A DNA stretch of 42,151 nt from Seison nebaliae (lineage: Eukaryota): the NCBI GenBank assembly GCA_023231475.1, contig JALJEE010001892.1:1-42151 (forward strand). Reading direction: 5' to 3'. The position numbers and the translations under genes were made by a program. Below, piece by piece: positions 25,570-38,789 of this stretch (positions are counted from its first letter, which is position 1; each line of letters starts with the position of its first letter). The notes beneath the pieces were generated by a model. That model did not search any database and was not told where the DNA came from. It saw only the letters and a list, made by a program, of their open reading frames with translations.

Positions 25570-26600
25570 TTATAACTGAAAATTTTTAAATTAAAATTAA
25601 GATTATCATATATTCAACAAGCAATAGAATAGAGATGAATAATATAGAGAGACTAATAGAAAATGACATTTTATGAAATGTTTTCGATTTTCTAGATAAT
25701 TCCTACCGATCCTTCTTTACCCGAAATATATTTGGTTTGTTAATTCAGGCAACGATATAAGGTGTTTGAATTAAACTTTTCCCTCCTTTCAACCACATTC
25801 AATAACTAATGGACGTAATCAGACCATTTCTATAGATGGATATTAAAATAAATTTTGGAAATTTACAAATTAATAGGAACTTGTGGTGAATTATCCAGTT
25901 ACCATCCACTTCCATTCTTCAACCTCCGACAAAAGTCGCCAATTACAGGAGCTATAATAATCATTTTCAGTATAAAAATAATTTAATAAAAGAATAAAAA
26001 CGTTGGAGAAAATTATCGCCTCACCTTCCAATACTCCCTGGAAGACGTCTCTGTGAATTTTTTCTAGATGAGACTTCAAATTTAATATTGACATTAAAAT
26101 AATCAAAATTTTTCAAGAAACCTCTTCCATTCTTTAGAATTGAATGAATTCCACATGATTCAGTCTATGTGTTCCATGAAATTTTGAGTCCAATTATTGA
26201 CTCTTTCCATTCTTCTCGGACTTGTTTTCCTTTCTTCTAAGAATTTCTCTGATAATTCTTTCTCTTCATTTGGCGAAATCGTTGAATGTGGTAGTTTATT
26301 CAGATTCCCCATGTTTCCAAAGAATCGAGTAAATCCTACCAATTTCCTTTGTAAAATAGAAGTAACCGTTGGGAAAACCAAGTTCTATCTTCTTATCACA
26401 AAGTCCGGCTTGGACACCTAAAATTGTTTCGAAACGATCTCCGTTTCAAATAATCATCACCGATAATGGCTCTAATCGGTGGAATAAACTTTTATTGCAC
26501 TATATCAATAAAATGCGCAACGGAGATTGTTTGTTAGAAAAACAAAATTTAAAATTATGAAAAATGTAAAATAAATTCAACTTAAATAGAGATATTTCGA
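25570..26600 (-). ncRNA. Putative spliced lncRNA or microprotein transcript (or decayed gene) divergent from UBR
   Basis: AT-rich GTT..AG intron-like segments at 26121-26074, 26001-25952, 25880-25830 and possibly 25618-25576 separate GC-richer exons. All spliced frames hit stops. The longest ATG ORF found is 50 aa (26312-26160). Boundaries approximate. Confidence 0.4.
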
Positions 26601-26653
26601 ATTTCTGTAACTGTCTTAACGGTTTCAAAATAATATTCTTCGAATTTCCTTAT

Positions 26654-26698
26654 GGAATGTTCGAGAACTTCTAGAAATTATCATTGGTCAGCACGTCA
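26654..26698. promoter_or_regulatory. Heat-shock element with adjacent CCAAT box and TGACGTG (ATF/CREB/XBP1-type) site
   Basis: gGAAt-gTTCg-aGAAc (26654-26668) overlaps cTTCt-aGAAa (26668-26677). ATTGG at 26683-26687 and CACGTCA at 26692-26698. Confidence 0.55.
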
Positions 26699-27460
26699 TA
26701 CTTATCCTTAAAGCGGGAGTTTTTTTTCTTCCAACGGCCTATTGGGAATGGCTTTAATGAATTTAACGGAGAATTTTGAATGGAGAATTGCAATTTTTCA
26801 AAATTTTTATAAATTAAATATTTGGCGTACGTTTAATTTAGATGAGAAAAATTTTAAGAATTTTATGTTTCCTAAATTAAATTTAAAAATTCCATTAGAA
26901 CTTCCATAATTTATAAGGAATGGTTAATAGACATATGAATTAGTATTTTGTATTTTTTTATGATTTGTAATTTTTTTGAACAATTTTGTGCATTATTCAA
27001 TTATGAATAATAATTAAAAGGGAAACCTTATGGAGGAGAAAGACAGCTACTAATTTGAAAAGGAAAAAGGAAATTTGGAATATAAAAGTGAATGAGGAGC
27101 AAATGAAAATTGAAGAATAAGAGATTGGTAATAATAGATGTAAAATTGATTTGAGAAGAAAGTAGATTTTATTTCCAAATGTTATTTTTTATTTTGAAAA
27201 AAAAAACATTTTCTTTTATAAGAATCGAAGCTTAGGACGACGTATCATTTATAATCTTGTGTAGTGATCTATTACTAACTAATTTTTATATACGCACACA
27301 AACACATACACACTCCCTTGTTGGGAAATTTGTCATTTTATCATTCATTCTTTTGTATTAGATTAATGAAAATGGATTTAGAGCGACAATAAGAAGTTGA
27401 AAAATAAATTTTGTTGTTTTCCTCGATATCATATTCGATTAGTATTTTCCTCATTGTCTA

Positions 27461-30400
27461 ATGAAGAAGAGGATGATGGAAGGGAAACGTGAAAAGAATT
27501 TAAAGAGAATAGTGACATGTAATTTAACATTGAAGAATAAATGGCTATTGGATTGGAATGAGACAGCGGAAGATAAGACGATCATAGAAGATTCTATTGA
27601 AGATCGTTCAGGATTTTTTGATTGCTGTAAATTGTTGAAAGAAGCGCTCTCAGAAGATTTAAAGGAGAAGAATGGAAACGATAATACTTTTGACAGTAAT
27701 TTATATCGACGTCTTTTGAGTTATTGGGCGAGAATTGTTCCACTCACCTTCAGATGGTCATTCACTGACGTTCCGTTTAAAGTGCACACGGTGAAATCGA
27801 AGAGTGGAATCGATAATTTACAATTACATCTATTGTCAGTTCTCGATTGGTTATTGATATCGGACGACGAAAAATTTGAATGTCCGAATAAATTTGTAGA
27901 ATTTATGTTGGAGGGAACGACGAACTTTTTCAATAATTTGAAAATAGGGAAAGCGCCTGAGAATATTTGTGGGAAGTTATTCAAAGAAGCCGAACCGACA
28001 TATACGTGCAAAGAGTGTGCAGTGGATAGTACGTGTGTTTTCTGTTACAATTGTTTTATGCATTCCACTCATCGATATCACAAATATCGAATGTGCACAT
28101 CGAGTGGTGGAGGTGGATATTGTGATTGTGGTGATGTGGAAGCGTGGAAAAAAGACTATTGTTGCGACATTCATTCACCTGATGGTGATGGTGAGAGTTT
28201 TGAGAATCGTGACGATTTACCTGATGAATTATCATCCAGAGCAGTTTATGTTATTGGATCTGTCCTCCAATATATCTCACTCGTTTTATCGCCACTTCAT
28301 CTGAAGGATCTTCCCAAGGAATTGGAGGATGCATGTGTTAAATTGAGAATTCTCGTTCCCGTCACTGTGTTACCCATAGCAGGTGTTATCCGAAGAGAAG
28401 ATGATGACGATGATGATGATATTGATGACGACGAGGAAGAAGATGAAGAAGAAGAAGAAATAGAAGACGCAGGTGATGATCAAGATACTACTCCGAACGA
28501 TTTCACATTTGCTACACAACCGCCAACATTCAGTTTTGGTCAACCGTTAATTATTTTTTTTTAATTTTCTTCAATTTTTTTTTAGTCAATTTAGTATTGG
28601 AACACCACCAATTAGACGTGAAATGAAAGAGGCGAATGAAGATGTGGCCATTGAGGAGGAAGTATATAAGAGTAAGTGTATGGACATGTTCATCACAACA
28701 CTCTACAACGACGAAGCACATACATTCCATGAGATAACTTCTTGTCTACAAGCGGCAATCAAATGTAAAGAGGAGAAAGCTTTGATCATTGCATCGACTG
28801 TCGATCATAACGGTCGTTGTTTCATCTCTCGTGGATGCAAGACACAATGTACATTAATCAGTCAATATATTACAATGAAAACGAAAGGACCGAATGATGG
28901 TGTACGTTGTGAAGCGATGGATAGTAGTTTCCTTCTCCATCAGATGTTCGCTGAATATCTCATTTTATGGTTGAGGAAACGTGTGGATACATCGAATAGT
29001 TTACGTAGAATATTTTGTCAATTGGCATTCGAAATGAAATTGAATAAAGAATTATGTAAAAAAATTTCGTCGATGCATATGGAGAATGAGGAAGGAGGAG
29101 AAGTTATAGAATCATCATCAAAACAGACAATAAAATCGAAAATGTTTCTGCCAATCCGTTCTTTTTATCGTTCCATCAATTTGAATTGTGTCGATCGAAA
29201 TAAAACGAACGTACAATCGATCGATATCGATGAAGATGATAATCGTAAATTTACACTGTGGATCGACCAGTTTATGGTGTGGGAAAAATATTCATGGAAA
29301 TCCGTTCGAGATTCACTTCATCAACTTTTCATTTCATCATTCCTCCTTAATATGGATACGAAAAAAGATTATTCTTTACGATTCGCCGACAATTATGAAT
29401 ATGTGTGGCGATCATATATTAGTGATGATGATCATTTCGTTTCCGTTCGACAATTGTCTGTTCAAATTTTTACCGTACCATCAATCGCTCGTGAATTGAT
29501 CGCTGAGAAAGACATGTTAGCTCAAGCATTGCGATTAGCTAAAGATTTCTTCGTGATGGATGTGGATCTTGTTCGATCAACACCGACGATCAATAAATTT
29601 CATATGTTGATGATCGACGTGTCATATTTGATGTTAGTGGAACCGACAAATTGGACGAATAATTTACGATTATCATTCGTTCATGGATTTTATGAATTAT
29701 GTTTATTATGTGAGAAATTGATGTTCGCCGATCGAATACAACGTCAAGTAAATCAACATGTCAAATATGAGAGTGATGTTTGTGATCAATATTTCAATTT
29801 GATGAGAATCGTAGAACGGTGTCAAAACCATTTCATTAAATGGATGGTAACAGATCAGAAATTAATTCAATGCATCTTCTCACTCTATTTGTATTGTACA
29901 CAATTGTTCATGATCGAACATGAAGGAAATCTTCCTAATTTCAAATCGAATTTTGACGATTTCATCAAACCAGGAGACAAAAAGAAACATTATTCATCCA
30001 ATCGTTGTATCAGATGTTATTCACATGATGTTTTCGTTAATTTCGTCTCTTTTCATATCACTTATCTTCGATTATTTCCACAACTCATTCTCGCCATGAA
30101 TCGATTAGATGTCAACATTTTCGATTATATCAATAATTTCCATCTTCTTATTCAAAATATCATCAGTAAACATAAAGATCATACATCATATCTCAGACGA
30201 TTACAATTTAATCGATTGAACTCAAATAATCAATTACTCTCCAAATACAATCCATTAGACGAATTGTTAATTGTGGTAACTATCGAAAATGATGAAAAAA
30301 TATCAGGAAAAAAAATTCGAGAAAAATCACAAGATCATCAACATGAAAGTGTTTCCGATACTCAAATTCTCGCTCTCGATCCACATAATTCCCTTTTCGA

Positions 30401-33400
30401 TTATGAAGATGTTAAAATGGATGATGTGGAACCGATTAAATCATTTTCAACATCATCAACTGGATCATCATCATCATCGTCGAGAAAGAAAAGACGATTT
30501 AATTCATTGAGTAATCCCATCGGATTATTGAAAAATAAGAAAAGTGAAACGGCAATATTAAGAAATGCATCATCACTCTCCTCATCTATAACGGCAACGA
30601 TATCATCATTAAAAAAAGATGTAACTTCTAAGAAGAAAATGAACGAGAAAACATTTCAGAATATCGACGTATCTCCGATAAATTTGATGAGAAATGTTTC
30701 AAAATATGAAAATATGAATTTCTTATATTTCAATTTCAACGTAAAAGAACGAGATGAAATGTTGAAAGATGATTTTCTTCTTTTCCTCTTCGATCACAGT
30801 CTCCGACCAATCGTCCTCAATTATCAAATAAAAGATGGTCTCTGGCGACGGAACGGTTATTCTGCCATCACTCGATCAATAATGTATCGTGATGAGAATG
30901 AGAATGTGTCACATTTCATTTCTGATCTTCGTACCATTCAATCGATTTTCGCTTTAGTATCTCAGAAACCGGTTTCTTCACGTCGATTCGAACCTTTATT
31001 AAGCGAATATAAATTAAACGATGTCAATTATGATTTACGTCCGTGGGAGAATATGTCGACAAATACGAAGAATGTAATTTATTTATTGAATAGTCGAAGA
31101 ATAACGAAAGATAATTTAATAGTTGATGATTTAATTTATTATATTTGTCAAAAATTCGGTTTTCATTCACAAACGGAAAAAACTCCACGATCATCATCTA
31201 ATCGATATGATTGGAAGAAATTTATTAATGTCATCGAATTACTCATTTGTATAGTGAGTGAAAGATATACTTTAGGAATTAGTGAAATTGAAGATGATGA
31301 TATTCTCCGTCATGCCGTTCTACAAAATCTCGCATCTGGTGATATGTCACATGCGAATATTATTCGTCATATCGGTCGATCAGATAAAGATGATATCATT
31401 TCGAAATATATCACCGATTGTGCCATCGTTCAATCATCTCATACAAGTGATTTATCGACATTATTAAATAAGAATTCTTATCGTTTGAAATCGGAATATT
31501 GGAATGAAATTAATCCATTCTATGTGTCGGGTGATGAGAGTAAACGATCATTATTATTAGAAGAATATAAATTATCATTGAAAAAGAATCTTCCATTATC
31601 ATTGCCACCACCACCAAAATTACCGGAATGGAAAGGAATTTATTCGTCGATTGGAAAATCGATTTTATTGGAAGCGAGAAATTTAATTAATTTTACGAAA
31701 TTACTATTTAGTCAAAATGGCGCTTTAAATCATTTGAAAAATATTGAGAGTACTTATGCTAATTCGATTTATCTTCTCTTATTATCGTTAGATGAATTCG
31801 AACGATTAGAGAAACAAGTCGAAAGATTCATTTTCGATTGTTTAACCGAAATCTCTTTAACAATCCGTCGTGATGGTAAATTAACGGTGACAAATACGAT
31901 CGACGTAAAAGAGAAGAATTTCATTTATTACACCATGAAACGAATGGAACGATTTATGAGATTCTCACCGAATTTATCAAATTATTTCCATCTCTGCCAA
32001 TACGTCCAATATCGATATTATATCAATTTGGTGGAATCAACCGAATTCTTTTTCATTTATCTCCATCGAATGCATCAATTGATGATTATTCTCCATAAAC
32101 ATAAAAAGACATCGGAAGAGAAAGATATGAAATTACCATGTGTCGAACTCATCAACAAATGTATCGATCGATTTCATGAAATTTATTCTCGATATGATTT
32201 CGTTTCAATTTTAAAAGAAGAACAAAAAAAAATCCAAGAACACCAACAGAAAGAAGAAGAGAAACATCATGAAAATCAAATGGGAATGAAAAATAAAGAA
32301 GAGAATAAAGAAGAAGTTCAAAAAAGAAGAGTTGCTGAAAGGAAAGCAAGAATTCGTCGAATGATTAATAAGAAACAGAAGAAATTCGAAACGAAAATGG
32401 CGGATGAATTGAGTGAATTGAAAAAACAAGAATTATTAAATGATGATGATAAGAAGAAGAGAAATAAAGGATTAGAAAAAAGAAAAGAAGAATTATTGAG
32501 TGAAATCGAGTTAGAAGAGAAAGATCATGCCGTTTGTATCGGTCCCGATGTGATTCATCAACGAAATATTTTAGAAAATTTCAATTTAGTAAAAGATATT
32601 TTAAATGATAAAGAGCAATCACTCCTACCGAAATATTTAAAGAAGAGTACACGACCCATACCATTTGAAAATGAGACGAATTGTATCGTTTGTCAACAAT
32701 CCACCAAAATCAAAAGTGATGGTGATTGTATGATTTTGTGTGCTTCATTGGAAGCGTCGAATACATTGTCGAGTGATCGATTAATGTATTTCACTTCCGA
32801 TAAATTTTTAGCGAATCAATATTTAGTTGATCCACGTCATTATTTTGGTATTTATCTATCGTCTTGTGGTCACGCTATTCATTATAGTTGTTATTTACGA
32901 TTGAAGAATTCCGAATTACGATTCATCAGTCCAGGAAGTTGGGTGAGTAAATGTCCGTTATGTACGGAATCGTGGACGGTTGGATTACCCATCTTACCAC
33001 TCATTCAACAAACGACATGTTTAGATGATCAGAAATCATTGTCATATGAGGCATGGTTAAGAGCAATGATTAATACGAGTTCATTAAATAATTTAAATAA
33101 TAATGAAAATTCTGTAATTTTAAATGAATTTAATGATCTTCATCAATTACTTCTCTCATCAACAGCTGCCATCGATCTACAATTGAAGAGTGACGACAAT
33201 TCTACTCCTTCACCTAATCAATTATTACAATTCTTCAATGTCAATAATTTATCATCATCTCTCAAAAATTACTTCTCAATACCATCACCATTACCGAATA
33301 TTGGGACGGATGTTTATGATCAATTAATCTCCATGTTCGATTGGGTCACTGCTACCATATCATTACCAACTATTGACATCCCGTCTATCGACCAATTACA

Positions 33401-34994
33401 AGATAAATATGAATTGCCGACAGAAGTGTCGGAAGATTTCAATTCTCTTCTCACTATGCCCGTCACATTCACACAAATTCCAGACGGATTATCCAAAGCT
33501 CTCAGTTGTCTACCTGAACGTCTTCGTTCTCTCCATACATATCTCCTCAAACTCGCATTCGAACGACATGCAAATGAGCAGCGAATGGATTCGAAGAAAA
33601 TTCAAAAACATGAAAAACAACAGACAACAGAACCGTCGACGACGGAATCGAATTCAAATACCACCAACACCGGAGGAACATCATTGACTGACACTATGGC
33701 AGATTTGAATGATAATGATCGTTCCGATCAATACTTACAATTCATCGAGGGGCCGTTTAGCGAATTTCGACATTTGGGAGAAATTTATCGTTTGACGGAA
33801 AATCAATTTCATCCAATTCCTATTATGGCTCAATGTCGTACACAACGAATAAAGAAGCGTGATAAAATGGAGAAAATTTTGAAAAAGAATTATATGAGAA
33901 TGTTAAAACGACGACAAACGAACACGAAGAATCTTCTCGAACAATTAATCCATTTCAATGGAGAATATCAGAAATCATTAGAATTGTTCTCGTTCGAAGA
34001 TCTGACAATTGGAACGGACAAGAATCAATGGTTGACAAGTAATGAAGGTAAAATCGCTTCGTTATGGAATTGTTTGGCTTATACGATCAAAGTGGAAGAA
34101 CGCAATTCACGTTTATGTAATTTACCTGCACATCATAAGAATGAGAGAATCGAGAATGAAATTCGAAATAATATGAATGAACATTCTTTCCATTCCTTAC
34201 ATTTAGATGATGATTTGATTGATGATCAATCATTTATCATACGAAAAAAGAATGAGATACCAATTCCTATAAAGAATATGGCGAAACAGAAAAGTTTTTA
34301 TGACGAATTAGATTCTGTAGAAGGTTCGATTTATTTCGACACGAAAAAGAGTCTGATGGCGGAGAGTGTAAAAATAAAAATTGATGCATTGGTCAGATAT
34401 GCCTCATCTTATGTTCTCTTATCGACAATGGATGGAATTAATGTTTTGAATAATAAAAGTAGTTCAGAGAAGAATGAGGAAATAAATAAAGATAATACTT
34501 CATCAACTAATCATTCGAACAACAACAACAACAGTAACGTGAATAATAATTTGAATGAAATGGAAATGATGGATCATGCAGGTTATGTGCAGATTGGTGG
34601 TGGTGTCCCTCAAGTCAATCCAAATCGAAATGATCTCAATTTTAGAGAGGAGTTAAATGGAATGAACGTTTCGAATTTGTTGAGGAATCTCTTCGAAGAT
34701 CCTTCAGATGTTTTTTACGAAAATGACAATAATATGGAAGATTTCCGTAATAATTTCGCTTCAGCTGTTTTCGAGAGAGATGTTGATGTGGGAGTGAATA
34801 ATATATTGACAAATAATCGACAACAACAACAACAACCTCAAGAAACTGTTGGACAAGAAATTGAATCAGCTGGTACGGAATCCAATCTTCCTCCAACTAA
34901 TTCAACGACGAACGGGAATATTTTAGAAACTACTTTCCCAATTCGTTTAAGTGTCGATAATTTCCAAAGAGAATTATCATTTAATAATAATGAA

Positions 34995-35032
<38 letters not shown>

Positions 35033-38000
35033 TGAAGATACATCGTCAGAAAATGAGTTAATAAAAAATGATAAAGGAAATGAAGATATTGGTTCGAGAA
35101 AGGAATATTTTATTTCATTTCTCAAATATCTTTCCGAATTTTATGTCAATCAGAATTCCATTTCCAGATCCTTCATAGATACCGTTTCCCCATGGTTATT
35201 ACCGTTTTCATTTAATATCCGTTCGATGGACATTCAAAGATTGAGAGAAATGTTATTGGCAGTTCTCAGTCTCCCAACAAATTTTTCTTCTCAACCAAAT
35301 TCCGACGAGAACGCTCCACAATCCACTGAGATGAACGACGTTCCATCATCTGGTACAGTGAATCATCAGAATTTTATTTATGTCCAAAATTTATTAAAAG
35401 CCATTTCTTCCGTCGGATTACCGATGAATTTCACTCAATCATCACATGAGGAAAATGGAGAGAATTCATCAGGAGAGAATATTGAACAACAAACGAGAAA
35501 TGATGATCGAGGAGTAAATTTATGTGGAAATGAAATTGATGAACGATCGATCAGTTCAACAATTCGTGAATGGTTAGAACGAGAAGATATCGTTTCTACA
35601 ATGACATCAGCTGCCGATTATGCTCTCTCATTACTTTATCGAATGATTAGTCCATCGATTGGTGATACACTTCGATTAATTCAAGAATTGTATAAAAGTA
35701 ATCCGACCATTTTCTCCAAGAATTGGATGGATTCATTCTCCCAAATACTTTCCGCACCATCCATCGATGATAAACGAACCATTATCATTACATTTATCAT
35801 GAAATATTGTTCAGAAATCATCATTGCATTATTCGCCCCAATAATTGACGCGAATTTCACTGACGAATATTCCGAAATTCGTGACGGAAATAATTTATTG
35901 AAATTCGATTCATTCTCTGCATTAATCTCTCTCGTCTTCTCACTACCACATGCATTTGGCAACGCAACAGCATTCGCTTCCTTATTGAATGACATTCTTC
36001 CGAAGAAGACTAATGAAACAAGACGACCCACCGTTCCCATGGAAACGGATGATTTGATGAAAGACTCACAAATCTACCAAACACTTTCTCCACTCTCAGA
36101 AGCTAATTCGAAAATGAATTTCTCTAATTATCTACCATCAATCAATGCCGTCTCTTTGTGGAATAATCGAATCGATATGTTCCACACATATTCTCAATTA
36201 TGCAATTATTTCGAGACAATTTTCCATCCATTCAAACACGAAACATTCAACAATTTAAAAAAAGAAGAAAAAAATTCAAATATTTCTTCCAATTCCACAA
36301 CCACAACAACTAATACTACAACAACAACAACAACGAGTACAACGAAAGAAAAACCGTCAATTTCAAAATCAGCAATCGATTCGGCGAAATTAGCCTGGAA
36401 GAAATTATCGACAACTTCCATCACACCCAAAACGACCATTCAAGCTGCCATCTGTACAGGAACATGTCTCAACGATTTGTATTTGATGCGATTATTCTTT
36501 CTAGTAAATGTGACACAAGTCTCATTACGATCTGATACGAATACAACTTTATTTCAAATGGAAAATCCTACGAAACCGAAAAAATTTAAAAATTTTCAAA
36601 ATTTATCTTTCGACCGAACATCCAATATCGCTTTCGAGGAAATATTCCAACACCAATCCAAGGATGTGGAAGAATTGATGAATGGAACGTATGACGGAAA
36701 GGAATCGAAACGTTTTTATCGAAAATTGAAATATTATCAGAAATATCATTTGAGAAAAGGTGAAACTTTTATAATTCATTTTCAAATTTACTTTTCTTTC
36801 CCCTAAAGAAACTGATAAGAAAATCAATAAAATGATGAGTGTTATCGAAGAGTTTGAGTGTATGAACTCCCAACAATTCCATCAGTTTATTTTTCATTAT
36901 CATTTCATAATACTCAAATTCTCTCTAAATTTTTAGGTTCCTATTAACCAACGTCCATTTCCATCGATCAATGTTACCATTCTTACGACATTGCGCCATT
37001 TTTTTCGAATGTTTGACAAATTCGATACGAATCCATATTCCGTTTTGTTAGAATAATTCCTTTCACAACTTTTACTAATCCCATCTTTTCATAGCGGCCA
37101 CTGTCTCTGAAGAGTTTTTTGCTTTGACAGAATATTTGAATTTGAAAGATCATTATTTGTTGGATGGGAAGAAAAATTCGGATGGAATTGATTTTACCGG
37201 TGAATTGTCATTAATTCGACATTGGTTACGTCCTATACGACGTTGGTTGTTACATGTGAAGAATTTGCGAGAAGATATTTCAGCAGAAATCGATTCGATC
37301 TTAAGAACAACGAAAACAATGAAAGAACTTGAAGTGGAAATGGGACTGTTCTATTTATCGCAACGAGTGAAACTTCCATTTTCGATGAATCAAAATTATT
37401 CGTCTCTCATTCATCTGGAGATGCCAATGAACATCAACTTAATGAATTTCCTTCCTTACGAATTCAACGATCTAATTCAATTATCAACAACATTCAGGTT
37501 TTCATGAAGAAGTTACTGAATGAAAATCATCAAATTTTCCCTTTTTTTCAGATGTTTCGAGAGAACATTAGCAATGAAAAGAAACCAATTGAAAATTAAA
37601 AAAAATTCTTCCAGACCCATCTACAATCGTCTACAAGTATTCGATTATATTAGTGATCAGGGCATGGAAATTGGTTAGTCTCTTCAAATTAATGATAAGC
37701 TTATGAGAAATTTTTTTTCTAATTCTCACAGATACATATCAACGATCAACCGATATTCCTTATCGATTGACAATTTGTTTATTATGTGGCGAATTATTAT
37801 GTGGTTTACCTGAATGTTATTGTGCAACGGAACCGCGACAATCTGTTTTTAAAGGAGATTTTGATGATGAAAACGGTCCAGCCGAGACATTCCTTTCTGA
37901 TGATGCTGAATATATTTGGAGAATATCACCAGAAACGTTAAATTCATTATATAAAGACGATTTGAAAGAAAAAAAGTATGATGCACGAACACTGCACACA

Positions 38001-38335
38001 ATGCAATGTGGTGCTGGTCGATGTATTTTCATGCAGGTGGCGAACTCTTTATGTTTCGTTTCTACTATTTCATGCAACGCTGCTGGTCAAATGACTTCGA
38101 AAATTTATCAAATTGAAGGACCGTACACTGACGATCATGGTGAAGTTGATTCGATGTTGAAGTTAATTTAAAATTTTCTCATTAAAATTCCATTGTCTCT
38201 TCTAGACGTGGTAATGCATTATATTTGAATGAACAACTCTGGCGAGGAATGATGTCCATGTATTCTCAACACAAACTTTACAGTTTCCTACGAATGAGTT
38301 TGCAAAATCCCAACAGAATATATCATGTCGCATAA
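27461..38335 (+). CDS. UBR1/2: UBR1/UBR2-type E3 ubiquitin ligase (N-recognin), ~3509 aa, eight exons
   Basis: UBR box CGKLFKEAEPTYTCKEC...GYCDCGDVEAW, ClpS-like LYNDEAHTF, LWRRNG, RING CIVC...CGHAIHYSC...CPLC, LPFLRHCAIFF, CLLCG, PYTDDHGEVD and LKRGN. Exons 27461-28545, 28586-36759, 36809-36884, 36937-37046, 37095-37497, 37552-37673, 37732-38161 and 38206-38335 (10530 nt, open). Confidence 0.93.
34996..35030 (+). repeat. (AAT)n microsatellite encoding poly-Asn in UBR
   Basis: About 11 consecutive AAT codons in frame. Confidence 0.9.
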
Positions 38336-38789
38336 ATGGAAAATTAGCGGAAATTGAATTGTTATGTATGTCATTCCTGCTCAAATTCGTCATTCTCAAC
38401 AACTACACAACGAGATAAGATATCGTGTTAGAAATATTTTTCAGATCTTTAAAATTATTTCGATTTTAGTCTTTCTATTTTAATCTATATCGAATACATT
38501 CAATATTTATCGGTAAGAAAAATAATTTATAAAACTTATCCTTTCACCTCTAAAATTTGTTCAACTAAAATATACTTTAAAATATTCTTAAGTTATATGG
38601 TAATATGACGGAAGAATATTATTTTGAGGATTAGTTAAATCGGATAGTAATATTGGAGAATTTTAACTTTAATCGGTTATTTAAATAGTTACTGATTGTT
38701 AATGGTATTACTATTATTATTATTATTATTACACCACTATTTTGATTAAATGAATAAATTATTTATTGCATGCATGACTATTGTACACA

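Noticed and set aside
26160..26460. Selenoprotein or stop-codon reassignment explanation for the minus-strand transcript
   Set aside because: Reading through the TGA meets TAG and TAA soon after, no proper SECIS core is present, and neighbouring genes use all three stops normally.
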